A stretch of DNA of 64,000 nt from an uncultured delta proteobacterium (GTDB lineage: Bacteria > Desulfobacterota > Binatia > UBA9968), in contig CAVTUQ010000031.1 in assembly GCA_963737905.1 (NCBI GenBank), positions 1 to 64,000 of the forward strand, written 5' to 3'. A program made the position numbers and the translations under genes. Below, piece after piece: positions 59,479 to 64,000 of this stretch; the stretch's first letter is position 1, and every line of letters begins with the position of its first letter. The notes beneath the pieces are model-generated. The model made no database searches. It was not told the origin of the DNA and saw only the letters and a list, made by a program, of their open reading frames with translations.

Positions 59479-59591
59479 AACCACAAAGATCGCAAAGGGC
59501 ATAAAGAAAATTTGTCTTCTGTGCGTACTTTGCGGTTAGGGCCTGTGAAACCTCTTCCCCCTCGACGGGGGAAGACAGAGATATAAGGGTG
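59479..59591. repeat. two adjacent palindromic elements
   Basis: aaccacaaag..ctttgcggtt and cttccccctcgacgggggaag hairpins. Confidence 0.6.
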
Positions 59592-59886
59592 ATAACCCAG
59601 GGTGTCTCAAATTTGATTCACCCCTGAATCAAATCCGCTACGCCTGGTGGTTGACGCCCAGGGTCCACCCAATTCTCGTCGTGAAAATCTTCCATCATTA
59701 CAATATGTTTCTGGTCCATTCTCTTTCTGCCAAACTGTGGTATATCGCTTGCTCCATAAACTGACACGTCATCGTATAGGTGGGAGGCGGTGGGGGCGAC
59801 GACTTGAACGTCTTGCACGGTTTGAACCACTTGAACTATTTTAGCTCGGTGTTCGGCGGTCTCACCTTTAGAAAGGGGGAGTCCTG

Positions 59887-60891
59887 GTGCAAACTCAAAG
59901 TTCCAAAATAATTAACCTCATAATCGTACTAATCGTGATGATTCTTTTGTGGACACCTCTCATCGAGGCGCAGCCGACGCAGAAGACTGCTCGGATTGGG
60001 CTCCTAGGCGGCATGTCCGCTTCGACCTTTGCGGAGCGGATGGAAGTATTCCGCCAGCAGCTCTTGGAACTAGGTTACATAGAGGGAAAAAATATGATCT
60101 TCGAAGAACGTTGGGCGGAGGGAAAGCTGGAACGTCTTCCCCATCTCGCGTCCGAATTGATCGGACGGAAGGTCGACGTGATGGTCACGTTCGGCGGTGC
60201 CGCACCCGCTACGGTCGCCAAGAAAGCGACCAGCACCATTCCCATTGTCATGGCGGCGGGCGGCAGTGATCCTGTGAAAGCAGGTTTAGTCATGAGCTTT
60301 GCTCGTCCGGGCGGGAATATCACTGGGCTCGCGAACAGTTTCACGGAGTTACGCGGCAAGCAAATGGAACTCCTCCAAGAGACCATCCCCAAACTCTCTC
60401 GGATCGCGGTTATCTGGAACCCTGAGAGTCCTGCAGGCGCCACTCGGTACCGAGAGACGCAAGAAGAGGCGCGAGCACTAGGACTTAGGTTGCAAAGCCT
60501 CGAGGTGCGTAAAGCCGACGATTTTGAGAATGTGTTTCAGGCCGCAAAGAAACAACGTGTCGGTGCGCTTCTCGTAACCGCCAACCCATTGATGTTTACA
60601 AACTTCAGCCGCATCGCTGGGCTCGCGACAAAGAACCACCTGCCCGCCATCCATTCGCAGAGAGAATTTGTCGAAGCCGGCGGATTGATGATGTACGGAC
60701 CGAGCGAGGCAGAGATCTACCGTCGCGCGGCCATTTACGTTGACAAGATTCTAAAAGGTGCGAAGGCCGCCGAGTTGCCGGTGGAACGACCGTCAAAGTT
60801 TCAACTCATATTTAATCTCAAAACCGCCAAACAGATCGGGTTAACAATTCCTCCTAATGTTTTGGCGAGAGCCGACAAAGTAATCCGATGA
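59887..60891 (+). CDS. ABC_sub_bind (COG2984-type) substrate-binding protein
   Basis: LGYIEGKN, PGGNITG, GGLMMYG, ILKGAK..LPVE.P, IPPNVLARAD. Confidence 0.9.
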   Translation: MQTQSSKIINLIIVLIVMILLWTPLIEAQPTQKTARIGLLGGMSASTFAERMEVFRQQLLELGYIEGKNMIFEERWAEGKLERLPHLASELIGRKVDVMVTFGGAAPATVAKKATSTIPIVMAAGGSDPVKAGLVMSFARPGGNITGLANSFTELRGKQMELLQETIPKLSRIAVIWNPESPAGATRYRETQEEARALGLRLQSLEVRKADDFENVFQAAKKQRVGALLVTANPLMFTNFSRIAGLATKNHLPAIHSQREFVEAGGLMMYGPSEAEIYRRAAIYVDKILKGAKAAELPVERPSKFQLIFNLKTAKQIGLTIPPNVLARADKVIR

Positions 60892-61034
60892 TGAGCACTG
60901 CGTGCGTTCCAATGGTTCCAAATGTTCCAGTTCCAGCCGTTCTAATCGTCTGAGAACGAAATCAAGCAAAAAGCACAAGCGCGTGACGTAATGACTCAAG
61001 CTTTCTAAACACTAATTTAATCCGGGGGAAACCG

Positions 61035-62015
61035 ATGCCCACTATCCTCTTCCTCGCTCTCCTCGCTTCTTTAATCTCGGTGTCTTCACAAGTGGTCGAG
61101 GCACAACAGACAAAGAAGGTCCCACGGATCGGTATTTTGCGAGCGGGCGGGCCGCCTCCCAGTGGCTTTCCCGATGAATTCCTTCAGGGGCTTCGGGATC
61201 TCGGCTACATAGAACACAAAAATATGGTTATAGAGATCCGCTATGCCGAGGGTAACCGAGATCGATTGCGCGAATTAGCAAAGGAACTCGTCCGCCTGAA
61301 GGTGGATGCAATCTTTACCGCTTCCAGTCCAGCTGTTTTTGCTCTCAAACAAGCGACGAACACCATCCCGATCATCATCGTAAGCTCGACCGATCCGGTT
61401 CAGGCTGGTATCGTCGCTAGTTTGGCAAACCCCGGTGGTAATATCACAGGCATGTCTCTGATTGCGTCAGACCTTTGGCCCAAGCGATTGGAGTTGCTTA
61501 AGGAAATTCTCCCTAAAGCCTCAAAAATCACCATGTTTTGGAATAAGAGCAATACCGGCATGGCGATTGAGGCGAAAGCAACCCGAGAGGCAGCCGGAGT
61601 AATGGGGGTTACGTTGCAGGACGGAGGTGTGAAAGACGACGGGGAGATCGACGCGGTTTTTGAGGCAATAAATAGGGAGAGACCGGACGCGTTTCTCGCG
61701 TTAATGGATATAACGCTCCGTGCTCACCGGAAACGGATTTTGGAGTTTTTAGAAAGAAATCGCTTGCCGGCAATATTCGAAAGCAAAGACTGGGTCGAGG
61801 CCGGCGGACTTATATCCTATGGGGCAGACAGTTCTGCGGTTACACGGCGAGCCGCCCTTCAAATGGACAAGATCCTCAAAGGCGCAAAGCCCTCTGAGAT
61901 TCCTGTCGAGCAGCCAATGAAATTTGAGCTCGTGATCAATCTCAAAACCGCCAAGCAAATTGGCCTGACGATTCCACCGAACGTGCTGGCCAGAGCGGAC
62001 AGGGTCATAAGATAG
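61035..62015 (+). CDS. ABC_sub_bind (COG2984-type) substrate-binding protein
   Basis: Same family motifs as 59887-60891. Confidence 0.9.
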   Translation: MPTILFLALLASLISVSSQVVEAQQTKKVPRIGILRAGGPPPSGFPDEFLQGLRDLGYIEHKNMVIEIRYAEGNRDRLRELAKELVRLKVDAIFTASSPAVFALKQATNTIPIIIVSSTDPVQAGIVASLANPGGNITGMSLIASDLWPKRLELLKEILPKASKITMFWNKSNTGMAIEAKATREAAGVMGVTLQDGGVKDDGEIDAVFEAINRERPDAFLALMDITLRAHRKRILEFLERNRLPAIFESKDWVEAGGLISYGADSSAVTRRAALQMDKILKGAKPSEIPVEQPMKFELVINLKTAKQIGLTIPPNVLARADRVIR

Positions 62016-62058
62016 CAGGGAGCAAGGAGCATGGAGCGGTACAACGCGGGAGGAATCC

Positions 62059-63078
62059 ATGAGAAAAATATTCTTCGGTCTTAAGATTAGCCCTTTGCCC
62101 TTTGCGCTTAGCTCAGTCGGCGCTCTGCTTTTTGCACTTTGCTCGTCGGTTGAGGCGCAGCAGCCGGGCAAAATCCCGCGGATCGGATTTTTGCAGCGAA
62201 GAGTGGCACCTACCCCTACCAATCCCGATCCGCTTTGGGACGCTTTTCGGGAAGGGCTAAGCGAGCTTGGTTACATAGACGAAAAGAATATCAAGATAGA
62301 GCACCGCTATGCGGAGGGAAGGACGGACCGTCTGCCGGGACTCGTCGCCGAATTTCTGCAACTGAAGGTCGATGTGATTGTGGTGCCAGGTGGCCCGGCA
62401 ATCCGTGCAGCCAGAAAAGCGACTACTACCACTCCGATTGTTATTGTGACTCAAGAAGATCCAGTGACGGCTAAGTTCGTTCAAAGTCTGGCGCGCCCCG
62501 GCGGTAACATCACTGGTCTTACCAGACTTACCAGCGAATTGAGTGGCAAACGGCTAGAGTTATTCAAAGAAGCGGTCCCGGCGATCTCGCGCGTTGCGAT
62601 TCTTATAGGAGGCGGGGATTTTCGGGGAAATGTTGAAGACTACGAGGGAGCTGCCCGTGGCCTCAATGTAACTCTGTTGCCGGTACGTCTGACTGGTCCC
62701 AAGCCCAATCTTGAAGATCCGTTTCAATCCGCTGTCAAAGCGGGCGTAAACGCTGTTGTTACTAACCGCGATGCGCTGACCGCAAGTTACGCGAAACAGA
62801 TCGCGGACCTTTCGATAAAGCACCGGCTGCCCTCGATGAACGAGGATAGTCCGTACGTAGAAGCCGGCGGCCTCATGTCTTATGCAGCCAACGACGCCGA
62901 ACAATTCCGACGCGCCGCGTACTACGTGGACAGAATTTTAAAGGGAACCAAGCCTGCTGATCTGCCCATTGAACAGCCGACAAAGTTCGAGTTCGTCATC
63001 AATCTCAACACAGCGAAGCAGATCGGCCTGACGATCCCGCCGAATGTGCTGGTTAGAGCGGACAGAGTCATCAAATAG
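62059..63078 (+). CDS. ABC_sub_bind (COG2984-type) substrate-binding protein
   Basis: Same family motifs as 59887-60891. Confidence 0.9.
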   Translation: MRKIFFGLKISPLPFALSSVGALLFALCSSVEAQQPGKIPRIGFLQRRVAPTPTNPDPLWDAFREGLSELGYIDEKNIKIEHRYAEGRTDRLPGLVAEFLQLKVDVIVVPGGPAIRAARKATTTTPIVIVTQEDPVTAKFVQSLARPGGNITGLTRLTSELSGKRLELFKEAVPAISRVAILIGGGDFRGNVEDYEGAARGLNVTLLPVRLTGPKPNLEDPFQSAVKAGVNAVVTNRDALTASYAKQIADLSIKHRLPSMNEDSPYVEAGGLMSYAANDAEQFRRAAYYVDRILKGTKPADLPIEQPTKFEFVINLNTAKQIGLTIPPNVLVRADRVIK

Positions 63079-63128
63079 CATGGAGCAGGGAGCAAGGAGC
63101 ATGGAGCGGCACAACGCGGGAGGAATCC

Positions 63129-63290
63129 ATGAGAAAAATATTCTTTGGTCTTACGCTTAACCATTTGCTCTTTGCGCTTTGCTCGGTCGGCGCTCCGCGC
63201 TTTACGCATCGCCGAGGCACAGCGGCCGGAGAAAACTGCTCGGATTGGGCTTCTAGGCAGCATGTCGGCTTCGACATTCGCGGATGGGGT
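63129..63290 (+). pseudogene. chimeric 5' remnant of an ABC_sub_bind gene
   Basis: 63084-63194 copies 62014-62124; 63207-63284 resembles 59961-60035 (EAQ..KTARIGLLG.MSASTFA); frameshifted and truncated. Confidence 0.75.
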
Positions 63291-63333
63291 TCGATAACCG
63301 TGCAGGCAGTTAATTAATTACCAGGATAATACC

Positions 63334-64000
63334 ATGAAAAAAAACATCGGCGTTTTAACCTTGGTCGCGCTTGTTATTTTCCCGATATATGCTGCCACTG
63401 CGCAGCAACAATCAACGATTCCCCGGATCGGGATTTTGCGAGCGGGGGCGCCTCCAGACGCCACTCTGCAATCCTTCCTGCAGGCGATGCGAGAACTCGG
63501 TTATCTCGAAGGGAAAAATATCCTCATTGAAATACGATACGCGGAAGGCAACCAAAAACGTTCTGCCGAACTTGCAAGGGAGCTGGTCAAACTCAACGTT
63601 GACGCGCTCTTCACCTCGGGTACGCGAGCCATTCTCGATCTTAAGGAGGCGACGAAGGTTATCCCCATTGTCTTTGTCAGCACGAGTGATCCGATTGGCA
63701 CTGGCATGGTCGAGAGTCTGGCGCAACCCGGAGGCAACCTGACAGGTATGTCCCTGCTCGCCTCTGATCTCTGGCCCAAACGCTTAGAGCTGCTTAAGGA
63801 GATGCTTTCCAAGCTTACACGCGCGGCGATGTTCTGGAACAAGAGCAATGCTGGGATGGGGCTCGAAGCGAAAGCAACGTTGGAATCAGCGGGTACATTG
63901 GGTGTCGTTTTGCAAGATCGGGGAATGAAAGACACGAATGAGCTCGAGACGGTTTTAGGAATGATAACAAAAGATCCTCCCGATGGGTTACTCGCTATGA
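63334..64000 (+). CDS. ABC_sub_bind substrate-binding protein (runs off window)
   Basis: MKKNIGVL..AQQ..PRIGILRAG..LGYLEGKN..PGGNLTG; closest to 61035-62015. Confidence 0.88.
   Translation, partial: MKKNIGVLTLVALVIFPIYAATAQQQSTIPRIGILRAGAPPDATLQSFLQAMRELGYLEGKNILIEIRYAEGNQKRSAELARELVKLNVDALFTSGTRAILDLKEATKVIPIVFVSTSDPIGTGMVESLAQPGGNLTGMSLLASDLWPKRLELLKEMLSKLTRAAMFWNKSNAGMGLEAKATLESAGTLGVVLQDRGMKDTNELETVLGMITKDPPDGLLAM

Noticed and set aside
59618-59830. Small ORFs in the intergenic gap
   Set aside because: Partly built from 9-mer repeats, with no recognisable motif

Overview
Bacterial chromosomal window. Its gene content (about 13 mostly orphan ABC substrate-binding proteins, 8 amidohydrolase-2 enzymes, a MetE-like protein, a UGSC selenoprotein, many short intergenic palindromes) resembles Candidatus Binatia/'Deltaproteobacteria' MAGs; this taxonomy is inferred, not verified. 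Main blocks: (1) sigma54-motif-preceded entericidin-like lipoprotein and long coiled-coil/SH3 membrane protein; (2) a 153-nt candidate structured RNA next to a Mo-hydroxylase remnant; (3) a CyaC-like heme/ferredoxin adenylate cyclase; (4) a two-gene module of paralogous interlocked C/H zinc-repeat proteins, one carrying two tandem NDT/TIR-like domains, which is the best candidate for an undescribed system; (5) a sigma54 glycan locus (GH-GT2 fusion, ABC exporter, GT, GH50-like, YdjC, NodS-like, OpgC, two SGNH); (6) an IS3-type element splitting a PIN toxin gene; (7) two NitT/TauT ABC operons; (8) a selenoprotein with UGA plus SECIS-like hairpin and an uncharacterised partner; (9) a tandem array of COG2984-type binding proteins. 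Many single-base frameshifts suggest assembly errors or gene decay. No rRNA, tRNA or CRISPR array was seen. Family assignments come from motif recognition, not database searches.
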